Shown: positions 52,329 to 64,000 of the stretch, piece by piece
How positions within the stretch are numbered: position 1 is the first letter of the stretch
Layout: every line of letters starts with the position of its first letter
Assembly: GCA_963748815.1 (NCBI GenBank)
Contig: CAVVKJ010000010.1
Coordinates: 224,001 to 288,000, forward strand
Reading direction: 5' to 3'
Source: an uncultured Gemmatimonadales bacterium
GTDB lineage: Bacteria; Gemmatimonadota; Gemmatimonadetes; Gemmatimonadales; GWC2-71-9
DNA length: 64,000 bases
Position numbers and translations under genes: made by a program
The notes under the pieces: generated by a model
The model's input: the letters and a program-made list of their open reading frames with translations, nothing else
What the model was told of the DNA's origin: nothing
Databases searched by the model: none

Positions 52329-52424
52329 CCACAAGGGCCCTGAGTCTCCTTGAACGAAATTCTCACGATGTGCGCCTAAACCCTTGTTCACGAACCTGTT
52401 GAACACTCACCCTCGGTACCTCCA

Positions 52425-52697
52425 GTGACCTCGGGCACCGCCTCAGGTCGCGTGACGGTCACCATCCGGCTGTTCGCCGCCTACGCCGAGGCGGTCGGAA
52501 GGACGAGTGTGGATATCTCACTCCCAGCGGGTGCGACCGTTGGCGCGCTGCTCACGGAACTCCGGCGACAGCTGCCCCAAGCGTCCAGGCTGCCGGAGCG
52601 ACCGCTCTGCGCGGTCAATCTCGCCCATGTGCTGACCAGCCACGCACTTCGCGATGGCGACGAGGTCGCCATTCTCCCTCCGCTCGCGGGAGGATAG
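52425..52697 (+). CDS. moaD: Molybdopterin synthase sulfur carrier
   Basis: IRLFA...AVN...DGDEVAILPPLAGG; start may be GTG 52452. Confidence 0.9.
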   Translation: MTSGTASGRVTVTIRLFAAYAEAVGRTSVDISLPAGATVGALLTELRRQLPQASRLPERPLCAVNLAHVLTSHALRDGDEVAILPPLAGG

Positions 52698-52698
52698 G

Positions 52699-53127
52699 AT
52701 GCCCTTTCTTTCGAACGACCCCCTCGACCCTTCTCGCCTGGTGGCCCAGGTCCAGAGTCCCGAGCGCGGAGGCGTCGCCTCCTTCCTCGGCATCGTCCGC
52801 GCGCAGCACGAGGGGCGGGCGGTGATTCGACTCGATTATTCCGCCTACCACGAGATGGCCGAGGCGGAATGCGGCCGCGTCGTGGCGGAGGCTGAATCCA
52901 GGTGGCCGGTGACGGTCGCCCTCCAGCACCGCCTCGGGACGCTTCAGGTCGGCGATGTGGCCGTTGTGGTGGCGGTGGCCGGGGCCCATCGGGAGGAGTC
53001 GTTTGCCGCGTGCCGCCACGTGATCGAGGAGTTGAAGCGCCGAGTCCCGATCTGGAAGCGGGAGCATTTTGCGGACGGCGAGGTCGACTGGGTAGGCGCC
53101 GGGGGCGAAGGGGCGCCGCCCCCATGA
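52699..53127 (+). CDS. moaE: Molybdopterin synthase catalytic subunit
   Basis: FLGIVR, HRLGTL.VG, AHREESF, LKRRVPIWKRE. Confidence 0.93.
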   Translation: MPFLSNDPLDPSRLVAQVQSPERGGVASFLGIVRAQHEGRAVIRLDYSAYHEMAEAECGRVVAEAESRWPVTVALQHRLGTLQVGDVAVVVAVAGAHREESFAACRHVIEELKRRVPIWKREHFADGEVDWVGAGGEGAPPP

Positions 53128-54155
53128 CCGCCGGCACGCCGAACGACCTCCTGGGTCGCCCGATGGGCAGCCTCCGGCTCTCGGTCACCGACCGGTGCAA
53201 CATGCGCTGCCGGTACTGCATGCCCGAGGAGGAGTACCGCTGGTTGCCCCGGGCCTCCATCCTCACCTTTGAGGAGCTGACCCGGCTGACCGGCATCTTT
53301 GCCGGACTCGGCGCGGGGAAGGTTCGCCTGACGGGTGGCGAGCCACTCCTTCGGCACGACCTTCCAGACCTGGTCCGGAGGCTCGCAGGGGTGGAGGGGG
53401 TGCGAGACCTGGCGCTCACCACAAACGGCATTCTGCTCGGCGACCGGGCCGCGGCCCTCCGCGCGGCGGGGCTGGGCAGGGTGACCGTCAGCCTCGACAC
53501 CCTTCGGCCGGAGCGGATGGCCGAGTTTGCGCGGAGCGACCGGCACGCCGATGTCCTGGCCGGGATCGCGGCGGCGGCCGCCGCGGGGTTTGCGTCGGTC
53601 AAGCTCAACGCCGTGATCATCCGGGGTTACAACGACGACGAGGTTCTGCCGCTGCTCGAGTTCGCGCGCCGACAGGCGATCGAGGTCCGGTTCATCGAAT
53701 ACATGGATGTCGGCGGGGCCACCCGCTGGTCGCGCGAGCAGGTCGTATCGCAGGCGGACATCCTGTCCGTCATTGCGGCGGCGCACGGACCCGCCGAACC
53801 GGTCCCGGCGCGCGCGGCGGCGCCGGCCGAGCAGTTTCGGCTCCCCGACGGCACGGTGTTCGGCGTCATCGCCTCCACCACCGCGCCGTTCTGCCGGGAC
53901 TGCGACCGGAGCCGCCTGACCGCCGACGGCACCTGGTACCTTTGCCTGTACGCGACGGATGGCATCAACCTCCGCGACATCCTCCGCGAGGGTGCCACCG
54001 ATGCCGAGCTGGCCGCCCGGATCCGCGCGACGTGGAGCAACCGGGCGGACCGCGGGGCGGAGGAGCGGTTGACGGTCCCGTCCCGCGGCGTGCTCTACCA
54101 GGTGGAGACCCTCCGTGCCGATCCGCGGCGCGAGATGCATACCCGCGGAGGCTGA
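53124..54155 (+). CDS. moaA: GTP 3',8-cyclase (radical SAM)
   Basis: SVTDRCNMRCRYCMP, LTGGEPL, PFCRDCDRSRLTADG..YLCL, C-terminal GG. Confidence 0.95.
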   Translation: MTAGTPNDLLGRPMGSLRLSVTDRCNMRCRYCMPEEEYRWLPRASILTFEELTRLTGIFAGLGAGKVRLTGGEPLLRHDLPDLVRRLAGVEGVRDLALTTNGILLGDRAAALRAAGLGRVTVSLDTLRPERMAEFARSDRHADVLAGIAAAAAAGFASVKLNAVIIRGYNDDEVLPLLEFARRQAIEVRFIEYMDVGGATRWSREQVVSQADILSVIAAAHGPAEPVPARAAAPAEQFRLPDGTVFGVIASTTAPFCRDCDRSRLTADGTWYLCLYATDGINLRDILREGATDAELAARIRATWSNRADRGAEERLTVPSRGVLYQVETLRADPRREMHTRGG

Positions 54156-54212
54156 CGCCGGCTCACGGCGCCCGCCCCGCTTCATGACGGTTCCCTTCGG
54201 AGTGCACCACCC

Positions 54213-54740
54213 ATGGCCTTGCATGTCGCGCTCATCGAACCCCGAATCCCGCCCAACACCGGCAACATTGCCCGACTCTGCGCGGCGGCCGGCGCGCCCC
54301 TGCACCTGATCGAACCGCTCGGCTTCTCGGTAGATGACAAGGAGGTCAAGCGCGCCGGTCTCGACTACTGGGACAAGGTGGATCTGTGGGTGCACCCTGA
54401 CTGGTTCGCCTTTCGGGACGCCATCGCCCGCGACCGCACCCTGTACTTCTCCGCCAACGCGACCCGCGACCTCTCGGAGGCCCCGTTCGCCTGGAACAGC
54501 GTGCTCGTGTTCGGCAATGAAACGGACGGGATGCCGGCGCGGATTCTCGAGAAGCACCCGGATCGTTGCTTCAGGATCCCGATGCCGGGGGAGGTCCGGA
54601 GCCTCAACCTGGCCAACGCTGTCAGCGTGGTCCTGTATGAAGGTTTGCGTAGGATTGGCGCGCCGGTTCCCGAGGTGCCCGCCGAAGCGGAGGCCCCCGA
54701 CGAATCACCCAAGAAGAAGCGGAGCCGCCGTCGGCGCTGA
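54213..54740 (+). CDS. trmL: tRNA (cytidine/uridine-34-2'-O) methyltransferase
   Basis: PRIPPNTGNIARLC, RAGLDYW, FGNETDG, RSLNLAN. Confidence 0.93.
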   Translation: MALHVALIEPRIPPNTGNIARLCAAAGAPLHLIEPLGFSVDDKEVKRAGLDYWDKVDLWVHPDWFAFRDAIARDRTLYFSANATRDLSEAPFAWNSVLVFGNETDGMPARILEKHPDRCFRIPMPGEVRSLNLANAVSVVLYEGLRRIGAPVPEVPAEAEAPDESPKKKRSRRRR

Positions 54741-54830
54741 CGACCAGCGCCCTTTGAGTGCGGCCGCGGGGTCTTTAGCTTTCAGCGTGCGCCCGCACCC
54801 TTCCGACTCTGACCCGGGACCCTAGAACCC

Positions 54831-55757
54831 ATGCTGCAGAAGATTGCCGTCGTCGGCGCAGGCAACGTCGGCGCCACCGCCGCCCAGCGCCTCGCCGAGA
54901 AGCACCTCGCCCGCACCGTCATCATGATCGACGTCGTCGAAGGGGTCCCGCAGGGCAAGGGCCTCGACCAGTGGGAGTCAGCGCCGATCGAGGGCTTCGA
55001 CACGCGGGTCGTCGGCACGAACGGCTACGACGAGGCGGCGGGGGCGGAGGTGTTCGTCGTCACCGCGGGCATCGCGCGGAAGCCGGGGATGAGCCGCGAC
55101 GACCTCGTCAAGACCAACGCCGGCATCGTGGGCTCCGTGGCGCGCGAAATCAAGCGCGTGGCGCCGCAGAGCATCATCGTGGTGGTGTCCAATCCGCTCG
55201 ACGTGATGTGCCACGTGGCCATGCAGGCGTCCGGGTTCCCGCGGGAGCGGGTCATCGGGATGGCCGGCGTCCTCGACACCGCGCGCTACCGCTCGTTCCT
55301 GGCCGAGGCGCTCGACGTCTCCGTCGAAGACATCCAGGCGATGGTGCTCGGCGGGCACGGCGACACGATGGTGCCCCTGATTTCCTACACCACGGTGTCC
55401 GGCATCCCGGTCACGCAGCTTATCGCGCAGGACAAGCTGGACGCCATCGTGGACCGCACCCGGAAGGGCGGGGCGGAAATCGTGGCGCTGCTCAAGACCG
55501 GCTCCGCCTACTACGCGCCGAGCGCGGCCGCGGTGCAGATGGTCGAGGCCATCGCGCTGGACAAGAAGCGGATCCTCCCCTGTTCGGCCTGGCTGACGGG
55601 GGAGTACGGCCTGACGGACGTGTTCTGCGGCGTGCCGTGCAAGCTGGGCCGGCGCGGACTCGAGGCGATCGTCGAGGTCACGCTGACCGCGGCCGAGCGG
55701 AAGGAACTCCACGCGTCGGCGGCGGCGGTGCGCGAGACGATGGTGGCCATCGGATGA
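54831..55757 (+). CDS. mdh: Malate dehydrogenase (LDH-like)
   Basis: [33 protein letters not shown]. Confidence 0.96.
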   Translation: MLQKIAVVGAGNVGATAAQRLAEKHLARTVIMIDVVEGVPQGKGLDQWESAPIEGFDTRVVGTNGYDEAAGAEVFVVTAGIARKPGMSRDDLVKTNAGIVGSVAREIKRVAPQSIIVVVSNPLDVMCHVAMQASGFPRERVIGMAGVLDTARYRSFLAEALDVSVEDIQAMVLGGHGDTMVPLISYTTVSGIPVTQLIAQDKLDAIVDRTRKGGAEIVALLKTGSAYYAPSAAAVQMVEAIALDKKRILPCSAWLTGEYGLTDVFCGVPCKLGRRGLEAIVEVTLTAAERKELHASAAAVRETMVAIG

Positions 55758-56412
55758 ACGCACCGGTCGACTTCGCGCGGTCCACGGTCGGCCGCAAGGT
55801 CATCATGGCCGTGACCGGCCTGCTGCTCGTCGGGTTCGTGACGGGACACGTGGCGGGCAACCTGCTGGTCTTCAAGGGCCCCGATGCGCTGAACGCCTAT
55901 GGTGCGTTCCTCAAGAGCAGTGCCGCCGTCCTCTGGACGGTTCGCCTCACCCTCCTCACGGCGGTAGGGCTCCACGTCTGGGCCGCGCTGACGCTGATCC
56001 GGCTCAACCGGGACAGCCGCCCGGTGGCGTACGCGAAGCAGGTCCCGCAGTCGTCCACCTTGGCGGCCCGGCTGATGCGGGTCGGCGGCATCTTCCTCCT
56101 CGCCTTCATCGTCTTCCACCTGCTGCATTTCACCACCGGGACGATTCACCCCGGCTACGCCTTCAGCCACACCGACGTGTACGGCAACGTGGTGAGCTCC
56201 TTCCAGGTGCCGTGGGTGGCGTTCGTCTACATCCTGGCGATGGTGGCGCTGCTCGGGCATCTCAGCCATGGCATCTGGAGCTTCTTCCAGACCATGGGAT
56301 GGAGTCATCCCCGCTTCAATCCTGCCCGGCGCGTCTTCGCGACCGTCCTGGCGCTCATTGTGTCGCTGGGGTTCATCGCGATCCCGTCGGCCATTCTCGG
56401 GGGGATGTTGCG

Positions 56413-56416
<4 letters not shown>
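55754..56416 (+). CDS. sdhC: Succinate dehydrogenase cytochrome b558 subunit
   Basis: [13 protein letters not shown], five TM helices, His ligands (GH, LH, FH, GHLSHG). Confidence 0.9.
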
Positions 56417-58332
<1,916 letters not shown>

Positions 58333-58333
<1 letters not shown>

Positions 58334-59109
58334 TGAACCTGACCTTGCACGTGTGGCGCCAGCCCGGCGCCGGCGCCCCGGGCCGGCTGGTGCGCTACGA
58401 GGCCCGGGACATCAGCCCCGACATGTCGTTCCTCGAGATGCTGGACGTCGTGAACGAGGGGCTGATCGGCAAGGGCGAGGCGGCTATCGCGTTCGACCAC
58501 GACTGCCGCGAGGGCATCTGCGGTTCGTGCGGTGTGATGATCAACGGGATCGCCCACGGCCCGATGGCGGGGACCGCCACCTGCCAGCTGCACATGCGCA
58601 GCTTCAAGGACGGCGACGAGATCGTGATCGAACCGTGGCGGGCCCGCGCCTTCCCCGTACTGCGCGACCTCATCGTCGACCGCTCGCCCCTCGACCGGAT
58701 CATCGAGGCCGGGGGCTACGTCAGCATCGCCACCGGCAACGCCCCGGATGCCCACGCCGTCCTCGTGCCGAAGCAGGACGCCGAACGCGCCATGGACGCC
58801 GCGCAGTGCATCGGGTGCGGCGCCTGCGTGGCGGCGTGCCCGAACGCCTCGGCGATGCTCTTCACCGCCGCCAAGGTGTCGCACCTCGGCCTGTTGCCGC
58901 AGGGGCAGCCCGAACGCGACCGGCGCGCCCTGGAAATGGTGACCCAGATGGACCTCGAGGGCTTCGGAGGCTGCACCAACTATGGCGAGTGCACCGAGGC
59001 GTGCCCCAAGGGCATCAGCCTCGAGACGATCGCCCGGATGAACCGCGACTTCCGGGTCGCCGCGCTGCACGCGCGGCCCGAATCGGCGGGGGCGGCCGGG
59101 GCCCCCTGA
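58333..59109 (+). CDS. sdhB: Succinate dehydrogenase Fe-S subunit
   Basis: [33 protein letters not shown]. Confidence 0.95.
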
Positions 59110-60342
59110 CCCGCGCGTTCGCCTTGACGCTCGTCCTCGCCGCCCTGCCCGCTGTCCTCCGCGGGCAGGGCGGCTCGACCTCGGCCACCATCGCTGGCCG
59201 GGGGATCGTCACCGCCACCTATGTCAGTCGAGAGCCCTACGGCGGCGACGCCTTCCAGATTCGCCTGGTCCAGCCGATGCTGATGGCGCACGCCACCGCC
59301 TATCACCGCGCGCTCCGCGTCACCACCACGGTGGACTTCGAGGCCTGGACCATTCCCGACGGCGAGTTGACCATCGGCGCCTGGGGCGAGGGCTACGTCG
59401 ACCGGCGGCATCCGCACACGATTTTTCATGAATTGATGGTGTCCGGGGTCGGCCAGGCGGGCTCGACCGAGTTCTCGCTCAGCGCCGGCAAGGGGTTCGC
59501 GGCGTTCGGGAGCGACGACCCCTCCAACCGCCTGACGCTCCGGTATCCCGTCAACCATCACTGGAGCCAGATCCTGGAGCGGGCGGTGCTCACCGGCGGC
59601 GTCCTCGCGGGCCCGGTCATGGTGGAGGCGTCGCTGTTCAACGGGGACGAGCCGGAATACCCGCAGGAGACGCCTAATATCGATCGCTTCGGCGATTCCT
59701 GGTCCGCGCGGCTTACCGTGTTTCCTGTGCAGGGGCTTCAACTCGAGGCGTCCTACGCTTCAGTGCAATCGCCGGAGCATCGGGCCGGGTCTGGCACCGA
59801 CCAGGACAAATGGCACGCCTCTGCGCAGTGGACTCGCCCCCTGGGCGGCCACCCCTTCTACGCCATGGCGGAGTGGGCGGAGACCAGCGAGAGCGAAGGG
59901 CTGTTCGTCTTCGACTCATTCCTGGCGGAAATGGCCTGGAATCCTGGAAAGGTGCGCGTCTATTATCAGTTCGAGCGCACGGAGCGACCCGAGGAGGAGC
60001 GCCTCTACGGGCGGCCGACGCGGAGCGTCCGCCCCCATTTGGAGGACGCGATCCTCGGGACCACGCGGTGGACGCTGAACACCGTCGGGGTCGGGCGCGA
60101 CCTGCTGGCCGGCGGAGGGGTGGCACGACTCCGGCCGTTCGTCGAGAGTCTCTTATGCGACGGTCGCGTCGGCCGGGCCTGGGGTGTTCGATCCAGCCCT
60201 CTGGTATGGTGGCACCGATTTCTGGGGGCTGAGCGTCGGGATGACGGTCGGACTGGGGCGGACGGCGTTTACGCACATGATGGGGCGCTACGGGGTGTCG
60301 GAAGACGCGCAATCCCGAACCTCCGCTTCACACCAGCACTGA
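59106..60342 (+). CDS. Putative outer-membrane beta-barrel protein; +1 frameshift at about 60147
   Basis: Signal-peptide-like start (CTG 59106 or TTG 59124); DRRHPH and NHHW His motifs; removing A60147 extends the ORF to ...HMMGRYG...HQH stop just before the next ATG. Confidence 0.6.
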
Positions 60343-60343
60343 G

Positions 60344-62095
60344 ATGAGGCCTATGCAGACACTCCCCTGGCGATTCGTCGGCCCTGCCGCCCTCCTGTGG
60401 ACGGCGGCCTGTGGCGGGTCGGACGGTGCGGGACCGACGCCGACCCGGGTTATTGCCGTCGCGGCTGGAGATGGGCAGTCGGCGGCGGTCACCACCGGCG
60501 CCTCGCTCACGGCGCGGGTCACCGACCCGTCGGGCGCCCCAGAATCGGGTGTGACCGTCAGCTGGTCGGTGGTGAGCGGTGGCGGCAGCATCACCTCGTC
60601 GAGCGTAACTGACGCCGACGGCCGGGCTGCCGCCACCTTCACGCTTGGGCAGATCGCCGGCTCCCAGCGTGCCCGCGCGACGGCGGATGGCGTCGGAGGC
60701 TCCCCCGCCAATTTCACGGTCACCGCGGTGGCCGGTCCCGCCACGCAACTCAAGAAGAGCACCGGCGACGGTCAGTCGGGGTGGGCGGGCTCGGCGCTGC
60801 CCATCGCCTACGCCGTCACGGTGCAGGACCAGTTCAACAACCCGGTGGCCGGCGCCACCGTCAATTGGACCGTCACAGGCGGCGGCGGCACGGTCTCGGC
60901 CCCCTCGACGCTTACGGCCGCCTCCGGGGCGGCCACGGTCATCCACACCCTCGGCAATGGCGCCGCCAGCCAAACGGTCGCGGCGACGTCGCCGGCGGTG
61001 ACGGGCACCACGATCACCTTTACCGCGACGGCCACGACCGGGATTCGGCTCGCCAGCACGGTCGGGGTGCCGGCCAACTACGGACTGCACGACACCTACG
61101 TCCGGGACGGACTCGCCTTCCTCTGCGTGTGGGATGAAGGGGTGTACATCTACGATGTGGGGAACGGGATGGCCGGCGGGACCATCGAGGCGCCCAAGCT
61201 GGTCAGCTCAATCAAGACGGCCGGCGGCAACGCCCACAACGCCTGGTGGTATCACTCGCCGCTCGGCTCGAAGCGGTATCTCTTCGTCGGCGAGGAGGGG
61301 GCAGGGAGCGTCGGCTCCTCGAGTTCCGGCTCCATCCACGTCGTGGACGTTTCCAATCTTGCGTCCCCGGTCGAGGTCGGCACGTACACGCTGGCGGGAG
61401 CGGGCACGCACAACTTCTGGGTGGACGAGAGCGCGGAAATCCTCTACGCGGCGTTCTACAACGGGGGCGTGGTGGCACTCGACGTTTCCGGGACCCTTCC
61501 GGGGAACCTGGCCACCCGTGAACTCGCGCGCATCCAGCCGGGCGGCGCGGGAAACACCTATGTCTGGGGCGTCATGCAGTACCAGGGCGACCTGTTCGCC
61601 TCCGACATGCTGAGCGGCTTCTGGCGCCTGCGCTACAACGGCGGGAGTTTCTCGGTCGTCGGGGGCGGGAACAACGTGCCGGAACGCTTCACCTCGGACC
61701 TGTGGGTCCAGAACGGGTACGGCTATACCGGCGGGTGGGGCAACCGGGGCACGCAGCCGGGCAATGCGGTCAAGATCTGGCAGGTTGGCGCCGCCGCCCC
61801 CGTGCTGGTGGATTCGGTCGTGGTCAGCGGCATCACGACGGTCAGCGATGTGCAGGTCAGCGCCGACGGCAAGCTGCTGGTCTTCAGCGCCGAAAACGGT
61901 CCCAATGCCGGCCTGCACGTCTATTCGCTGGTGGCTTCGCCGAGCCGGCCGGTCTTCCTCGCGAGCTACCTGGTGTCGCAGGGCCTGCACACCGCCACCG
62001 TCGAGACGATTGCGGGGCGGACGTACGTCTTCGCCGCCCGGAACCCCGCAAACCCGGCGCTCCTGACGTTCGAGATCACCTCGCTCATCCCCTGA
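60344..62095 (+). CDS. Lipoprotein with Ig-like domains and LVIVD-type beta-propeller
   Basis: Lipobox TAAC; two 'GDGQS' Ig-like repeats; repeated YIYDV/HVVDVS/VALDVS blades. Confidence 0.75.
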   Translation: MRPMQTLPWRFVGPAALLWTAACGGSDGAGPTPTRVIAVAAGDGQSAAVTTGASLTARVTDPSGAPESGVTVSWSVVSGGGSITSSSVTDADGRAAATFTLGQIAGSQRARATADGVGGSPANFTVTAVAGPATQLKKSTGDGQSGWAGSALPIAYAVTVQDQFNNPVAGATVNWTVTGGGGTVSAPSTLTAASGAATVIHTLGNGAASQTVAATSPAVTGTTITFTATATTGIRLASTVGVPANYGLHDTYVRDGLAFLCVWDEGVYIYDVGNGMAGGTIEAPKLVSSIKTAGGNAHNAWWYHSPLGSKRYLFVGEEGAGSVGSSSSGSIHVVDVSNLASPVEVGTYTLAGAGTHNFWVDESAEILYAAFYNGGVVALDVSGTLPGNLATRELARIQPGGAGNTYVWGVMQYQGDLFASDMLSGFWRLRYNGGSFSVVGGGNNVPERFTSDLWVQNGYGYTGGWGNRGTQPGNAVKIWQVGAAAPVLVDSVVVSGITTVSDVQVSADGKLLVFSAENGPNAGLHVYSLVASPSRPVFLASYLVSQGLHTATVETIAGRTYVFAARNPANPALLTFEITSLIP

Positions 62096-62109
62096 GCGGG
62101 CCGCATGGA

Positions 62110-62147
62110 CGAACGGGGAGGCGCCCAGGCGGGTGCCTCCCCGTTCG
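62110..62147. terminator. Hairpin between convergent genes (probable bidirectional terminator)
   Basis: CGAACGGGGAGGCGCCC-AGGC-GGGTGCCTCCCCGTTCG, 17-bp stem. Confidence 0.7.
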
Positions 62148-62169
62148 CGTTCCGTCACCCTTCCGTCGG

Positions 62170-64000
62170 CTAGGGCGTGGGAGCCGGCACCTGCCCGGTC
62201 TGGTTGTTGGCGCGGTTGACGTCCGGGAACACCTCGGCCGCGTCGACGCTCACGCCTACCACTCGCTTGCCCGGGACGGCGAGGGTGAAGGTGCTCCCCC
62301 CATACCAGATTTCCACGGGGAGGCGCCGCTGTTCCGGTGGCGCGCCGTCGAAGTAGAGGGTCAGGTCAAGCGGCATCACCATCGGTCCGGCATTCGTGAG
62401 GTAGACGCGCGACTGCGGGACGCCCTGCCGCTCCGTCACCTTGATCGAGTCAACGGCCTGGTCGAGCGTTTCGGTGGTGTAGAACCACGACCGCCAGAAC
62501 CAGCTCAGGTCTTCTCCGACGCCGTCCTCCATGGTGCGGAAGAAGTCGGCGGGAGTCGGGTGCTTGTACGCCCAGCGCCGGATGTACTCCCGGAACGCCG
62601 GATCGAACCGCTCCGGACCGAGAATCTCCTCCCGGAGCACGATCAGCCCGAATCCGGGCTTGTTGTAGGCCGCCTGACCCAGGATCGGTCCAGGGGTGCG
62701 GTCGGCCGGCGTGATGATGGGGACCTCGCGCCCGGACAGGGCGTAGCCCACGTAGGTCTTGCCGTTGCCGCGCCGGTTCGGAGCGTCCGGGTAGCGGAGT
62801 TTCCAGTTGTAGTAGTTGATGAAGGTGTTGAACCCCTCGTCCATCCACGGATAGAGCCGCTCGTTGCTTCCCACCACCATCGGGAACCAGGTGTGGCCGA
62901 ATTCGTGATCCGTCACGCTGTAGAGCGCCTGCGCGTTGGTGCGGTTCCCGCAGAAGACGATCATCGGGTATTCCATCCCACCCTCGGGGCCGTTGACGTT
63001 GATCGCCACGGGGTAGGGATAGGGGAACCACTGCTTCGAGTAGGCCTCGATCGCAAACTTCGCGTACTGGCTCGACTGGTTCCAGATCGAGTCGGCGGAC
63101 GGGGGGTAGAGGCTCATCGCGAGCGTCTTGCCGTTGTTGACGCCCACGGCATCCCAGATGAAATGCCGCGCGGCGGCCCACGCGAAATCGCGGACGCTGT
63201 CGGCGTGGAATCGCCAGGTGAGCGTCCCGGACGCGGGCCGGGGGCGGGAGGCGGGGTCGTTGATCTCCTGCACGCCGCGGATGACCACCGTCGCGTCACT
63301 GGTCCGCGCGGCCGCCAGCCGGGACCGCTGCGTGGCGGTGAGCACCTCGGCTGGATTCTGGAGGACGCCGGTGGCGCCGACGATCATGTTGGCCGGCACC
63401 GTCAGGCTGACGTCGAACGAGCCGTACTCGAGATAGAACTCCCCCTGGCCCAGGTACTGCTCGGTATTCCAGCCGCGGACGTCGTCGTACACCGCCATCC
63501 GCGGATACCACTGCGCCACTTCAAAGACGTAGCTGCTGTCGACGAGCTCGATGCCCATCCGGTTGGTGATGGTGGTGTCGAAGGGGAAGGACCAGGCGAA
63601 CTCGAGCGTGATGCGGTCCTTCGGCGGGAGCGGACGGGACAGGTCGACGCGCATCATGGTGCCGTTGACCAGGTGCGGTGCCTCCGCGGCGGCGCGGGCG
63701 GTCTTCCGCCCCCCGCCGGCGGGGGCGCCGACCGCGACGCGGCTCAGCGTCACCCCGCCGTCCGCCCCCCGGGGCCCGAACCGGGTGTTCGGGGGCATCA
63801 TCGCCGTCCCCCGGCTGGTCTGGCTGAAGACGTTCTGGTCGAGCTGGATCCAGACGTAGCGGAGGGTGTCGGAAGAGTTGTTGGTGTAGGTGATGGTTTC
63901 CTCGCCGGACAGTCGGCGCGCTACGGTGTCGAGCGTGGCGCGAATGACGTAGTCGGCTCGCTGCTGCCAGTAGCTCCGACCGGGCATGCCGCTTCCCGTC
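62170..64000 (-). CDS. M1-family zinc aminopeptidase (5' end beyond the window)
   Basis: GGMEYP, HEFGH-x18-E (WMDEGFNTF), YNKP. Confidence 0.92.
   Translation of the reverse strand, partial: TGSGMPGRSYWQQRADYVIRATLDTVARRLSGEETITYTNNSSDTLRYVWIQLDQNVFSQTSRGTAMMPPNTRFGPRGADGGVTLSRVAVGAPAGGGRKTARAAAEAPHLVNGTMMRVDLSRPLPPKDRITLEFAWSFPFDTTITNRMGIELVDSSYVFEVAQWYPRMAVYDDVRGWNTEQYLGQGEFYLEYGSFDVSLTVPANMIVGATGVLQNPAEVLTATQRSRLAAARTSDATVVIRGVQEINDPASRPRPASGTLTWRFHADSVRDFAWAAARHFIWDAVGVNNGKTLAMSLYPPSADSIWNQSSQYAKFAIEAYSKQWFPYPYPVAINVNGPEGGMEYPMIVFCGNRTNAQALYSVTDHEFGHTWFPMVVGSNERLYPWMDEGFNTFINYYNWKLRYPDAPNRRGNGKTYVGYALSGREVPIITPADRTPGPILGQAAYNKPGFGLIVLREEILGPERFDPAFREYIRRWAYKHPTPADFFRTMEDGVGEDLSWFWRSWFYTTETLDQAVDSIKVTERQGVPQSRVYLTNAGPMVMPLDLTLYFDGAPPEQRRLPVEIWYGGSTFTLAVPGKRVVGVSVDAAEVFPDVNRANNQTGQVPAPTP

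Overview
High-GC bacterial chromosomal window, most likely Gemmatimonadota (inferred from gene order, the HU sequence and the PadR/ADOP pair; not verified). Housekeeping blocks: rng-rplU-rpmA; pepA, yicC-gmk-rpoZ-coaBC-udg-dnaB-radA-ispD-tsaC-PTP-aroE-comF; gap-pgk-tpiA-secG-carA-HU; moaDEA-trmL; mdh-sdhCAB. Two accessory operons stand out. (1) A cyanophycin operon (iadA-cphB-cphA) carries a translationally coupled CphA paralogue that keeps a CphA-like N-terminus and an intact Mur-ligase domain but lacks the ATP-grasp domain, followed by an amidase. (2) A TetR/PaaR-like-controlled aryl-CoA epoxidation operon has a short BoxB-like di-iron enzyme, a single-domain BoxC-like crotonase and a Paa-like lower pathway, but no BoxA reductase or CoA ligase; a perfect PaaR-type operator sits at its promoter. 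Also present: an ECF sigma/anti-sigma/Spy-like triad, tRNA-Leu(CAA), a PadR + ADOP permease pair with tandem palindromic operators, and a CGTC-type REP element. Nine single-base insertions break seven genes (including dnaB, pgk, carA, sdhA) and are most likely sequencing/assembly errors. All calls come from motif recognition by eye; no database searches were run.
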